In this document: positions 24,814 to 34,534 of the stretch, piece after piece
Layout: each line of letters starts with the position of its first letter
Numbering within the stretch: position 1 is the stretch's first letter
IMG/VR virus record: IMGVR_UViG_3300032212_000040
Span: 1 to 42,281 of that record
Length of the DNA: 42,281 nt
Source of the DNA: a virus
Lineage: Duplodnaviria > Caudoviricetes
Reading direction: 5' to 3' (one strand)
The notes under the pieces: generated by a model
What the model saw: the letters and a program-made list of their open reading frames with translations, nothing else
What the model was told of the DNA's origin: nothing
Databases searched by the model: none
Position numbers and translations under genes: made by a program

Positions 24814-26037
24814 TTAGATTACAATTTTATGCACAACAACGTCTGTGTGCGCCTTTTCTTCACTTCTAGCATTGTAGCTATGCAATTCACTGTCTGTTGG
24901 GTAACCACCCTCTAGAGCTTCTTGCAAGTCCACCTTAACACTATCAATACTTCCATCTTCAAATACGATGTGGTAGTTTTGGCTGGCTCTGCCAGCTAAG
25001 TTAAGCGCCTTGTCCGAGTAGGCATTATCGCCAACTGGACTACCTCCGCGAGAGAATTGGTCTGAGACATATGCCTCATGTATGTGACCCGAAAGCACAT
25101 AACGTACAATAATACCACGATTAGCATACTTAGACTTAACTTTAACAACTGCCTTACCTACATCTTTTTCCATGTTATGACCATGCACTAAAAGAATGTG
25201 TTGGCCGTGAATGTCGACAATGTGTTCTAATGGGTCTGTTGGAAGGGAGAATGTTACACCCTTACTACCTAAGAACAACTTACGTAATGACATGAAAATC
25301 ACTTCGTCATAGTTGTCTGAAGCTAGCTTACTAGAATGATGACAGTCTTTACCAACCCTACCTTCATTACCATTAATCCAACTCACTGTGACATTAAATT
25401 GTGTGTTGAGCTCTAGAATCAACTGTTGAAGAATATCAACTGCTAGGAATGTTGCTCTAGAACGGTTAGTGTGGTTATTTAAAAGCTCATCTAAACGGCG
25501 GTCGCTGTTCATGAAGTCACCTGTACCTGCAACTAGAACATGTTTACAACCTTCCATCTTGAAGTGCTTCATAGCCTTCTGTGTGAAATGACGCAAGCGG
25601 GCGCTTGCTATGTCGAAGTTATACTGGTTTTGGTCTAGATTAACCAGCTCGTTAAAGTGTATGTCTGTTAAGTGTAGGATTCCCACCGGTGTGCCCTTCT
25701 TAGAACGAAACACCTTAGTGCATTTAGACAGATTGTTGGTCTTGAAGGTCTCGTCAAGACTTCCCATGTATGCTTCTAAAGCATTATTAACTCTGTTCCA
25801 CTCACGTAGAGCTTTAGTGTTAATACGCTTCTCGTCTTGCATACGTTGGTTTTTTCTGGTGGTTACGATGTTTGCTTCGACTAGTTCTTCGTCAGAGCGT
25901 GCATCTATGCTCGCCACCCAGTTTTGAACTGTACGTGGCTTAGAGCCAATAGCCTTAGCTATTTCTGTACAATTACCTTTGTGAACCACAAGCAACTTAA
26001 TGAGTTGTTCGTTAGTTGGTTTCTTTACTTTAGCCAT
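24814..26037 (-). CDS. HTH-fused calcineurin-like metallophosphoesterase
   Basis: DIH, GD, GNE, HGH and GHIH motifs; N-terminal HTH; GAGGAGG RBS before ATG 26037. Confidence 0.85.
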   Translation of the reverse strand: MAKVKKPTNEQLIKLLVVHKGNCTEIAKAIGSKPRTVQNWVASIDARSDEELVEANIVTTRKNQRMQDEKRINTKALREWNRVNNALEAYMGSLDETFKTNNLSKCTKVFRSKKGTPVGILHLTDIHFNELVNLDQNQYNFDIASARLRHFTQKAMKHFKMEGCKHVLVAGTGDFMNSDRRLDELLNNHTNRSRATFLAVDILQQLILELNTQFNVTVSWINGNEGRVGKDCHHSSKLASDNYDEVIFMSLRKLFLGSKGVTFSLPTDPLEHIVDIHGQHILLVHGHNMEKDVGKAVVKVKSKYANRGIIVRYVLSGHIHEAYVSDQFSRGGSPVGDNAYSDKALNLAGRASQNYHIVFEDGSIDSVKVDLQEALEGGYPTDSELHSYNARSEEKAHTDVVVHKIVI

Positions 26038-26111
26038 GACAGCCTCCTCACTCTGTTGAGTGGTATAAATGTTTGGCAACATTTGCCTAAGATGTTTCTT
26101 ACTTAGACTCC

Positions 26112-26140
26112 ATTATACCACATATGTTGCTAAATGTCAA
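26112..26140 (-). promoter_or_regulatory. Perfect sigma70 promoter
   Basis: TTGACA-17 nt-TATAAT with extended TG. Confidence 0.9.
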
Positions 26141-26191
26141 AGAGTGTTTAGTTGTATTTTAGCACTCTTAAATATAACAACGGCTTATAAA

Positions 26192-26323
26192 TTATTTATT
26201 TTTCTTTACGTCCTCACACGTACCGACACTACCTACAATCTTGTCATGTAGGTCAGGGGTTCCTGCGAACATAATTAAGAACACCATTATTGTAGCAAAG
26301 AGCATAACATCTTCTTGGTTCAT
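26192..26323 (-). CDS. Small membrane protein (43 aa, TM plus FAGTPDLHD), absent from the ORF track
   Basis: Manual translation; ATGA coupling with the HNH gene; GAGGA RBS. Confidence 0.7.
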   Translation of the reverse strand: MNQEDVMLFATIMVFLIMFAGTPDLHDKIVGSVGTCEDVKKNK

Positions 26324-26715
26324 TTCTTCTTCCTCTCTTCATTTGTTTTTTTCTTGTGGCACGGCTTACAAAGGATTTGTAAATTACTCACGTCACACAG
26401 CAGTTTCTTTATAAACACTACTATGTCATCATATTCATTTAAAGAACCGCAAGGTATTATATGGTCCACTTGCACGTCTCTTGTCGGGAAGGACTTTTTA
26501 CATATAGCGCATTGGTATTCTTTCCTTGTACGTTTCAGGCCCTTCTTTTTCCCTGACTTGTACACTCCCCCTGTTTCAACCACAACACAAGACTTCTTCA
26601 TAATCTCGTTACGTGGTGGCCATCTTATAGTACGCAAACCACCACGTATCTTGGCGAAGTAGGCCGCTTTGCTCCACTGACCCCCAGCATATGGTTTATC
26701 TACTTTCCTACTCAT
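26320..26715 (-). CDS. HNH endonuclease
   Basis: CAIC...VDHIIPCG...NLQILCKPCHKKKT. Confidence 0.92.
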   Translation of the reverse strand: MSRKVDKPYAGGQWSKAAYFAKIRGGLRTIRWPPRNEIMKKSCVVVETGGVYKSGKKKGLKRTRKEYQCAICKKSFPTRDVQVDHIIPCGSLNEYDDIVVFIKKLLCDVSNLQILCKPCHKKKTNEERKKK

Positions 26716-27067
26716 CTAGTTTCCTAACCCACTTCAGTACTTCACCAAACTCTTCTCTGTGTATTATATCATAACTACAAGAAGTATAAGCATTATATCC
26801 ATAAGCCGTGTAGCTCCTCACTCCTTGATCTGTTTCATATAGTTCTACTTGCACCACTTCGTGTACTCCATCATTATTTGTGGCCATTTTAATAGGAATA
26901 ATTTTAACAAGCTCTTTAGTTTTTTCTTCTTCCTCTATTTTTTCTCTATAGTACTTTACTGCATTCTCTAGACGACTAATGTCTAATCTAAGGTCTTCTT
27001 TGATAACTTGATTATAAACTAGACATAAACATAAGATAACTACTATAACTATTAGTATATACATCAC
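26708..27067 (-). CDS. Hypothetical protein with N-terminal TM helix
   Basis: ORF track; GAGGA RBS. Confidence 0.75.
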   Translation of the reverse strand: MMYILIVIVVILCLCLVYNQVIKEDLRLDISRLENAVKYYREKIEEEEKTKELVKIIPIKMATNNDGVHEVVQVELYETDQGVRSYTAYGYNAYTSCSYDIIHREEFGEVLKWVRKLDE

Positions 27068-27378
27068 TCTTCCTCCTCAAAATCTAATAACACATCCACA
27101 CCTAAGAAACGTTCAACATCTGTCTCTTCTATGTCTTGTAACACTTCATCTAATTCAGCATCCCCAATCATACCAATGTTGTATGAAGCCCTAGCAGCTG
27201 CTTGATTTAGTATTTTCCACCAAGAGGGGTCTTGTTGTGGTAGTTCCCCTAACATTATAGCTAGCTCTTCTACAGTGCCCTCTAGGCTTGTCGTAACCGT
27301 CACTGTTGACGGGTTGTTTCTCTCCATAGCAGCATCCACCATTAGATGAGCATATTTATCTCCACCATCATAACACAT
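27064..27378 (-). CDS. Hypothetical acidic protein
   Basis: ORF track; GAGGAG RBS. Confidence 0.75.
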   Translation of the reverse strand: MCYDGGDKYAHLMVDAAMERNNPSTVTVTTSLEGTVEELAIMLGELPQQDPSWWKILNQAAARASYNIGMIGDAELDEVLQDIEETDVERFLGVDVLLDFEEEE

Positions 27379-27393
27379 ACATCACTCCTCTTC

Positions 27394-28266
27394 TTAACTG
27401 TCGCGGGTTTGATTGTCCTCAATCACAACTCGCACTTTATCAATTGATTGTTTAGTTTTCTTGTTGTTTGGCCAGCACTTATCCAAGTAATTGCATCTTG
27501 CGCAGTTCCAAGCCACTTGTAATTCCCCTGACCCATTCACGTATGGATTACCTTTATGCCAATGGTTTTGAGGGAACTGGCAAACTGGAATGTCTTCTAC
27601 ACTATCATACTTACGGCTCTCTGTCAAGCGATTTGTGAACTCATGCACCTCAAAATCAGCACTTTCTTCTAACCCCTTGAATGGTATGGCTTTAATATCA
27701 CCTGTATTTAGATTGTAAACATGCCAGCCTCCAGCAGGTAGGCCTGCTCCCTGAGCATATATAGATAATTGAGCCTTATACCCAAACGGGTCGCTCTCAG
27801 ATAACGACTTCGAGCTTTTAAATTTATCCTTGTAGTTTTCATCACTTGTACACTTGAAATCTACCACTTCACCATCTAATACATAGTCCCAGCTCCCTCG
27901 CAGTGTAATCTCTCCTAGGTTTGTCTCTGTACGTTCCTGACAGCGTTCAATAGGTATGCCAGCTTCTTTCATTAAATAGACGATGGTGTGCTCCGCAACG
28001 GAGGACACAATCATCTTCAATCTTGTAGCTTGTTTGAATTGGTCTCTATTGGTTGTTTCAACACCGTTCTCCATACACCACATTTGACGTTCCGTAGCTG
28101 ATGTACCAGAGGGGGAGAGCTTCTGTAACCCTCTCCCCTTCAGTTGTGCTCTAAGAGTGTCCTTAATAGCCCCCAGACACTCCTCAAGCAACTCCTCGTC
28201 AGCATCTACACCATTCCCCACCTTATCGTGTATCCACTGCTTAAAATGGGTTATGTGCTTCTTCAT
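27394..28266 (-). CDS. PD-(D/E)XK (Cas4/RecB-like) exonuclease
   Basis: GSWD...VVDFK, FGY.AQL..Y and C-terminal C..C.Y...CW motifs. Confidence 0.85.
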   Translation of the reverse strand: MKKHITHFKQWIHDKVGNGVDADEELLEECLGAIKDTLRAQLKGRGLQKLSPSGTSATERQMWCMENGVETTNRDQFKQATRLKMIVSSVAEHTIVYLMKEAGIPIERCQERTETNLGEITLRGSWDYVLDGEVVDFKCTSDENYKDKFKSSKSLSESDPFGYKAQLSIYAQGAGLPAGGWHVYNLNTGDIKAIPFKGLEESADFEVHEFTNRLTESRKYDSVEDIPVCQFPQNHWHKGNPYVNGSGELQVAWNCARCNYLDKCWPNNKKTKQSIDKVRVVIEDNQTRDS

Positions 28267-28775
28267 TACTTCTCTTCTCTCATGAGTCTTTCTATGATGT
28301 CCGCTGCTTGTTTTAACACTTTGGCATCACCTCTAACTTTCCAACTAGTCATGTGGTTGGCTTCGTGTATTAAATAACAACGCATATCTGCTAAGCGAGC
28401 TTCGCTGATTTTCTCTTCTTGGGCTTCTTCTAACTCTGAAATAGTATTTGTTGATTCCTCTAGCGCGTCTTGTAACTCTCCTACAATGTCAGCATGCTTA
28501 GATTCTAGTTCTAGCATATCTTTTTCCACTTGAGCTTTCTTCTTCTCAAATTCCTTCTCAAGCTTCTGTTCCATCTTCAACTCTTTAAGCTTTGTTTCAG
28601 CTTCAATGTTGTCTGAAATAGCCTCTAGTTTAGCCTCAGCACGCTTCTCCACTTCTTTATCTAAATATTCTAGTGTTTCCTTCACTTGTAAAGCCACATC
28701 TTTATGAGACACGCCAGTGTCCACCACTTTAGTTGTTTCTGTTACACTTGGTTCAATTTTAATTACATCAGTCAT
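28266..28775 (-). CDS. Coiled-coil hypothetical protein
   Basis: ORF track; heptad-rich acidic helix. Confidence 0.75.
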   Translation of the reverse strand: MTDVIKIEPSVTETTKVVDTGVSHKDVALQVKETLEYLDKEVEKRAEAKLEAISDNIEAETKLKELKMEQKLEKEFEKKKAQVEKDMLELESKHADIVGELQDALEESTNTISELEEAQEEKISEARLADMRCYLIHEANHMTSWKVRGDAKVLKQAADIIERLMREEK

Positions 28776-29587
28776 TATAATAATCCTTTTAGTTTGTTAA
28801 ATATTGTGTCTTCTCTTGGTTTAATTATATTTGGTTTCCACTCTGCAAAATCATAGGAGGGTGATGTTGTGAAATCCCCACTGCTATCAAAACATATTGA
28901 TGGAGACGGCTCTGCATTACTATAGAGTCCTCCTTCTTTATTGTCTTCTTCTTTAGAAGGTGTAACTAATTCTAATTCATCTTCATCAAAAGTGAGGGTG
29001 CACCATGTAGTGGTGCACAACCATTTGTCATATTCTTCAATATACTTACTTATTGTGTACTCATCACACCTATAGCTACCTACTCCTCCTATATACCTAA
29101 CCTTATCTCCAGCTTTAAACTTATTAGGTGTTTCTTTTGTTCCATATAATTTAATATCACCGTTAGATATATTACCTGTAGTTTCTGGTTCTAGTTGTTC
29201 CCAACTATCTAGCTCATAGTCAGCCCAATTAAAATCTCTCTCATCACCATCCCCAAGTTTGTTTATCCTATATTTAAACATCCTAGATTGGTCTGAGCTT
29301 ATCTCTATAATAGAACACCTACTACCACCTGACATAATAAATTCATCACCTATCTTATATTTATGAGAACTCTCTTGTTCAACAGAATTAGGGAATGGTT
29401 TTAAGAATTTAGCTCCTGTTTCATTATAACACCATGTGGACTCTCTATCTGGGGCAGTCATATCCATCACGTCTATGAAGCCTCCAGTACTAATCTCCAC
29501 TACTTTTAATTTATGATCTTGAAGTGAGCTGAAATACCCTGTATCTATAACAAAATCACCAATTTTAAATCCGTTCCGTTCTTCCAC
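28775..29587 (-). CDS. Hypothetical protein with three SH3-like FKxGDxV repeats
   Basis: FKIGDFV, YKIGDEF, FKAGDKV; AGGAGG RBS before GTG 29587 (track start 29641 also has an AAGGAG immediately upstream). Confidence 0.7.
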   Translation of the reverse strand: MEERNGFKIGDFVIDTGYFSSLQDHKLKVVEISTGGFIDVMDMTAPDRESTWCYNETGAKFLKPFPNSVEQESSHKYKIGDEFIMSGGSRCSIIEISSDQSRMFKYRINKLGDGDERDFNWADYELDSWEQLEPETTGNISNGDIKLYGTKETPNKFKAGDKVRYIGGVGSYRCDEYTISKYIEEYDKWLCTTTWCTLTFDEDELELVTPSKEEDNKEGGLYSNAEPSPSICFDSSGDFTTSPSYDFAEWKPNIIKPREDTIFNKLKGLL

Positions 29588-29687
29588 ATTTAACCTCCTC
29601 TCGTTTAAATAATATACAGGGACTACTGGTAAGATATACATCTCCTTGGGTAGTAATTACGTCAGATAGACAACCTGTACAACCAGC

Positions 29688-30251
29688 CTAGCTCTCTAAC
29701 GGGTTAGCATCGTCGAAAGGCTTGTCCTCTTCCTTAACCTCTAGCTTGGGCATCTCTGGGAAAGACCCATCACCACCTTTAAGCAGGTCGTCTGTAGACT
29801 TACGCACTAAACTACGTACATAAGCTAACATAGTTTCAGCATCCTTCATCATAGCCTTAGTGAGGCCACCATTCTCTGCAGCAACTTTAACAATCTCTAC
29901 AACAGCCATTGTTTGGTTCTGCTCAACAATAATGCGGTCCTTAACTGTTACATTGTATTTAGCTTGAGCTACAGCTTGTTGAGCTGGAGCCTGAGCTTGT
30001 ACAACTTGCTGTGATGTCGGAGCTGGTGCTCCTCCCGCGCTACGTACAACCAATGTTTTAGCTGTTAGGTATTGGTTAACATATTCACCTTTCTGTGATG
30101 TTGTATAATCAAATTCAACACTGTCACCCACTTGTGGTAGTGCTCCTTTGATGTAGTCTGATTTAGTTGTGTATTTACTATTATCCACTGTCACTGACAG
30201 AAAGCCGTTATTAACTTTAGCTTCTGTTACAATTCCTGATACATGACTCAT
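29688..30251 (-). CDS. Single-stranded DNA-binding protein (OB-fold-like)
   Basis: N-terminal beta/OB pattern (VGDSVEFDY), Ala/Gln linker, acidic tail EEDKPFDD; replication context. Confidence 0.6.
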   Translation of the reverse strand: MSHVSGIVTEAKVNNGFLSVTVDNSKYTTKSDYIKGALPQVGDSVEFDYTTSQKGEYVNQYLTAKTLVVRSAGGAPAPTSQQVVQAQAPAQQAVAQAKYNVTVKDRIIVEQNQTMAVVEIVKVAAENGGLTKAMMKDAETMLAYVRSLVRKSTDDLLKGGDGSFPEMPKLEVKEEDKPFDDANPLES

Positions 30252-30619
30252 TATTTATTCTCCTGTTTATCAAATTCTACTTTTAGTTCTTCCTTCACTG
30301 TGTTCAGGTTAATGTTAAACCCGTTCACAACGTCTTCTAGTGCCTTACAGATGTTCTCTGGTAGGTCGAACGCAAAGGACATAGCACTCTCTGCTTGGTC
30401 ACGATGTGTTTGGATTTCTCCAACATGACCAGCTGGTAAACGCGACTGCGCTGCTTCCAGTTCTTCCTTGTTAACATCTACAGGTGTTACATCGTTCTGT
30501 AGTTCCATTAGCATCTCCGCTGCATGTGCTAGGCACATTTCTGTCACTTCTGGTGTTGCAAGCAATGGCTTATGCTTCACTAGGTTTAGACAAGCTAACG
30601 CTTCATTTAGTTGTTTCAT
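30251..30619 (-). CDS. Hypothetical protein
   Basis: ORF track; GAGGAG RBS. Confidence 0.75.
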   Translation of the reverse strand: MKQLNEALACLNLVKHKPLLATPEVTEMCLAHAAEMLMELQNDVTPVDVNKEELEAAQSRLPAGHVGEIQTHRDQAESAMSFAFDLPENICKALEDVVNGFNINLNTVKEELKVEFDKQENK

Positions 30620-32641
30620 TTATTTAGTCTCCTCATACTCTTTAACATCAAACCAATTTACACCCCACTCCAAATCAACACCCATTGGTATTTGAATGTC
30701 ATATCCAAAGTAGGACTTAAATCTCTTATTCACTTCTACCATTTCTTTATACACTATATTCATGCACTTGTCAAGAACTTTTTTATGACAATCTAAAACA
30801 ATCTCATCATGCACTTGTCCAATGAAATGAATGTTAGGCTCATCCTTGACTTTCTCATAAACACCAATCATAGCACATTGCATAATACGTCCAGCAAATC
30901 CCTGCACAGGGTAGTTGAGCCCTTTGTTCTTCCACCCCTTACCTTTAGTGTCATAACCTCTATAAAAATTAGAATGTGTAGCTCCCTCGAAGTTGTAAGC
31001 GTACCCATCTAAAGCTGGGTCGGCATATTCTTGGTTGGCTCTAATACGCGCATGCACTTCATCATTCCAAGGCTTAACACGTTGGTAGTCATTATAGAAA
31101 GCTTTATGCATAGCTTCTTCTAATTCATCTTTAGGGAACAACCCAAATATTAGGCCGAAGTTAACATTCTTCTGATTACCACGCCATGTCTTACGTTCAT
31201 CATCTGTAGCTCCGTCCCACGTCCCTTGTCCGTGGTAGTAGTCAACAGCCCATTTAGCTTTGTCTGTATGGATGTCTACACCATCCTCATAATGTTGTCT
31301 ACCTGCTGCGTCATTAGCTAATTCTAACACCGCACGTAACTCTAGTTGCCCGTAGTCTGGGGCAACAATACAACCATCTTCTCCATACCTACTAACAATC
31401 ATCTGACGTATATTATTAGCACCTCCATTATTATGTTTAGCTGGTAGGTTCTGTAGGTTAGGTTGGCTAGAGCTGTAACGACCACTACGTGTCCCTGCTT
31501 GGTTAAAGCTCCCGTGAATACGACCATCGTCACTAATCTCATTAATAAGGCCGTAGTAGTTCTTGTCAAGCCATGTCTTCTTGCGAGACAGGTCTGTAAG
31601 AGCTGTAATGAAACGTTCAGCCTTCTGTGACAATCCACCACGTTCTTCTAATGCTTCAATTACAGTCTTACCTGCACCAAAGCCATTAACACCAACAAAC
31701 TTCTTAATAGGCTTAACATTAAACCCGTAAGGTAGTTTAACGAAACATTCATCCACAAGCTTATCAAAAGCCTTCTGCGTCTTACAACGCTTCATGTTCT
31801 CTTTCCAATAGTCTTTAGGCTTCGCCACGCCGTTAGCTATTTCTTCAGGAGTGAGGGTTCTAAACTCACGACTGTAAAGGAGCTTGGCCATTTCCATAGG
31901 ACTATTAAGCTTGAAGTTCTCAGGCTCAGGGTAGTTGTTCTCAATAGCTAAGTACACTTCTGTCTCAGCCGCAGCTACAAGCTTCTCGAAGTCATGTTTA
32001 ATCTCCTCAGCTTTGCCGATGTCGATACAGAAACCATTGTATTCCATTTCGGCTGTCACCTTGTTTAAATCACGATTAAGACGTAACATAGAATCAAATC
32101 TTTGCCGATCTTTTTGCCGATCTTGTTCAACGTATATTAAAGCTGTGTTGTACACGTCATAATACAAGTATTCTGACAATAGGCTGTAAGGTATTTCATC
32201 TGTATTAACACCATCTTTCCACATCTTTTTAATAATGTCTATTTTGTTTGTACCGCCGTATTCTGGGGCTAGCTTATCTAGGCCGAGCTTACTAAACACG
32301 TCCTTACCGCCACGTAGGATGTATTCTCTAATGAGTGTGTCATCAAGGGTGTGGTTGCGCCAGTCCCAACCACAACGACGTAACCAATTAGCATCATATT
32401 TAATGTTATGACCTACAATAGTCTTAAAGCCTTTCATGTATTCAAACAAATCATTTAAACGCTCAGGCTTCCATTCATAATATTGGCCTGTCTGTATGTC
32501 ACATGTGCCAACGAGAACAATCTTGTTGCCGTCATTATAAGGAGAGCCGTAATCGGTGAAGGCTTTGACTTTACCACCCTTGTATTTCTCTTTCATAGAG
32601 AAACACGTTTCGCTGTCTAACACTAATACACCATCATTCAT
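30620..32641 (-). CDS. polA: Family A DNA polymerase with 3'-5' exonuclease
   Basis: Exo DSET, HNIKYD, YYD; TRSGRYSSSQPNLQN, DYGQLELR, R...K..NFG, NYPVQG, VHDE. Confidence 0.97.
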   Translation of the reverse strand: MNDGVLVLDSETCFSMKEKYKGGKVKAFTDYGSPYNDGNKIVLVGTCDIQTGQYYEWKPERLNDLFEYMKGFKTIVGHNIKYDANWLRRCGWDWRNHTLDDTLIREYILRGGKDVFSKLGLDKLAPEYGGTNKIDIIKKMWKDGVNTDEIPYSLLSEYLYYDVYNTALIYVEQDRQKDRQRFDSMLRLNRDLNKVTAEMEYNGFCIDIGKAEEIKHDFEKLVAAAETEVYLAIENNYPEPENFKLNSPMEMAKLLYSREFRTLTPEEIANGVAKPKDYWKENMKRCKTQKAFDKLVDECFVKLPYGFNVKPIKKFVGVNGFGAGKTVIEALEERGGLSQKAERFITALTDLSRKKTWLDKNYYGLINEISDDGRIHGSFNQAGTRSGRYSSSQPNLQNLPAKHNNGGANNIRQMIVSRYGEDGCIVAPDYGQLELRAVLELANDAAGRQHYEDGVDIHTDKAKWAVDYYHGQGTWDGATDDERKTWRGNQKNVNFGLIFGLFPKDELEEAMHKAFYNDYQRVKPWNDEVHARIRANQEYADPALDGYAYNFEGATHSNFYRGYDTKGKGWKNKGLNYPVQGFAGRIMQCAMIGVYEKVKDEPNIHFIGQVHDEIVLDCHKKVLDKCMNIVYKEMVEVNKRFKSYFGYDIQIPMGVDLEWGVNWFDVKEYEETK

Positions 32642-32909
32642 CTTCTTCTTCCCAACTAAAATCACACTCTTCTATTAATTTTGCAACTTCTACGAGGTTA
32701 GCTGCCCAGCTCATATTGTACACCATAATCAAGAACGACTCATCATCTTTTGGTTCTATCTCTATGTGCAGGTCGTGCTCAAACTTCCCTAGCTTCTCAA
32801 CTACATCAAACACCTGCTCTTTATTGACAAATTTAAGCTCCAACGACCAAGTACATATACTGGCCGCATTCTTACTTTTGTGGTAATATTCCATATCATT
32901 CCTCTTCAC
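32634..32909 (-). CDS. Hypothetical protein
   Basis: ORF track; coupled to polA. Confidence 0.7.
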   Translation of the reverse strand: MKRNDMEYYHKSKNAASICTWSLELKFVNKEQVFDVVEKLGKFEHDLHIEIEPKDDESFLIMVYNMSWAANLVEVAKLIEECDFSWEEEDE

Positions 32910-32933
32910 TGAGATTTATCGAGGCAGAGGGAT

Positions 32934-34172
32934 TTATTCCTCTATCCATGTACATGTCATAGGTTCTAAATAAGCTACAAACTGCCCTTTAGGACCTTTA
33001 TTCTTACATATGTTAAAATAACGCTTATATGCTTGTATAAGCTGCCCTTCTTTATTTTGAACACTAACTAACAGGTCTTCTTTATCCATCCCCATCCCTA
33101 TAATAGTTCTGAATGCTCCCGGAACACCTGTCTTACTATAATCAATGTTCTCTATACCCACCCACTTACCAGCAGTTGCATCAGCCTGAGTTGCACATAA
33201 ATAGTGGTGATTATATTTCTTAGACAACCCTTTAATCTCTTTAACAATTTCTGTACGCATCTCTGTTTGGCTGTTGTGCTTCATTCTAATATTCTGGTAT
33301 TGGTCGTATATAACCAAATCTGGTGATGTTAGTTTTATTAAGTTCTCAATATCTGCAATATGGAGAGCCCCTCCATTATAGGTACACAACACATCCTCTG
33401 GGTTTACAACACCATAAGATAGATTAAAATCCCCCATAAACTTCTGCTCGTAGTGAGCTTGGTTAGACAATATAGTTGCTTCATCTACTTTGAAATAGCT
33501 GTTTAGGTAACGGATGATGAGGTCTGATCTACCATCCTCATCAATACATAAATGTAATACACGTTTACCAGATTTAAGCATCTTAACAACCTGCGGTACA
33601 ATCCACGACGTTTTACCTCCATCGGTTCTAGCTACAAACAGAGTACCCACTCCGCAGCGTAATCCTTTAACTTTCTCCTCCATTTGATCTAAGTGCCACT
33701 CACCTACACTACCGCTTTCATCAAGAGCCTCTCCAAGGCTCATAGATGTTAGCATAGTTTCTTCTGTGCCAGACTCCAGCTCTCTAAGTTCGGCTATTAA
33801 GTCAGCCAAGGTGTCTGTGTTCTCTCCGTCTTCTGATGCATCAGACAGCTTGAAACGAATAGCATTCTCTAACACGTGTTTGAAGAACACGTCTGTTGAT
33901 TCACCAAGCTCCATTTTATACATTTCTTTGTATGTTTCTAGGAGCTTCTCCTGTTGCTTTTCACTCTGTCCCATGAATGTTTCTTTATGTGTAGCGTACA
34001 AAAGCTTCAGGGGGACGTCTGAGGATGTCTCAGCATGTAATGTACGTAGCATATTTAATGCTTTAAACAACAGAGAACGTTTACCATTGTCAAAATGAGA
34101 CACATTAATATATTCATTGTATTTATTAAACGCTTCTTTTGTTAGAAGCTGTAGAATTATTTCTTTTTCCAT
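32934..34172 (-). CDS. DnaB-like (SF4) replicative helicase
   Basis: ARTDGGKTS Walker A, VIYDQ, ATQ, SKTG and KNKG motifs. Confidence 0.88.
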   Translation of the reverse strand: MEKEIILQLLTKEAFNKYNEYINVSHFDNGKRSLLFKALNMLRTLHAETSSDVPLKLLYATHKETFMGQSEKQQEKLLETYKEMYKMELGESTDVFFKHVLENAIRFKLSDASEDGENTDTLADLIAELRELESGTEETMLTSMSLGEALDESGSVGEWHLDQMEEKVKGLRCGVGTLFVARTDGGKTSWIVPQVVKMLKSGKRVLHLCIDEDGRSDLIIRYLNSYFKVDEATILSNQAHYEQKFMGDFNLSYGVVNPEDVLCTYNGGALHIADIENLIKLTSPDLVIYDQYQNIRMKHNSQTEMRTEIVKEIKGLSKKYNHHYLCATQADATAGKWVGIENIDYSKTGVPGAFRTIIGMGMDKEDLLVSVQNKEGQLIQAYKRYFNICKNKGPKGQFVAYLEPMTCTWIEE

Positions 34173-34181
34173 GCGTCTCCT

Positions 34182-34373
34182 TTAAAAGGGGATGTTTTCT
34201 TCCCATTCATCTTCATTTCTAAGCCCATCACGCTCTGCATCTGACATAGCCCTACGAAACTCTTCCATTTCATCGTCGTAGGCTTTCTCCTCAGCTTCAA
34301 TCATAGCTTCTATTTCTCCTACAAGAGCTAATAATTTAGCCACCACTTCATATAATAATTTATTACTATCCAT
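34182..34373 (-). CDS. Small acidic protein ending in an SSB-like tail (EENIPF)
   Basis: ORF track; GAGGAG RBS. Confidence 0.75.
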   Translation of the reverse strand: MDSNKLLYEVVAKLLALVGEIEAMIEAEEKAYDDEMEEFRRAMSDAERDGLRNEDEWEENIPF

Positions 34374-34534
34374 CAGTAGTCTCCTCTATCTATGTCTATG
34401 TTAATCTCTGAGGCTAATTCTTCATTAGCTTCTCGCTTCATACTCTCTGCACACCACGTATGTACAAACTCTCCGAAGTAGTATTCTTCTGCGTCTGCTT
34501 CCATCAGTGGTTCTCCACAATATTCACATATCAT
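34373..34534 (-). CDS. Small zinc-finger-like protein (53 aa, CEYC...HTWC), absent from the ORF track
   Basis: Manual translation; GAGGAG RBS; ATGA and TGATG coupling at both ends. Confidence 0.75.
   Translation of the reverse strand: MICEYCGEPLMEADAEEYYFGEFVHTWCAESMKREANEELASEINIDIDRGDY

Noticed and set aside
27394-28266. Cas4 as part of a CRISPR system
   Set aside because: No array or other cas genes; standalone PD-(D/E)XK nucleases are usual in phage replication modules
31399-31641. Same-strand nested ORF inside polA (similarly 15352..15552, 4335..4553, 20660..20863)
   Set aside because: No convincing RBS, unlike the primase-nested ORFs; lengths are plausible by chance
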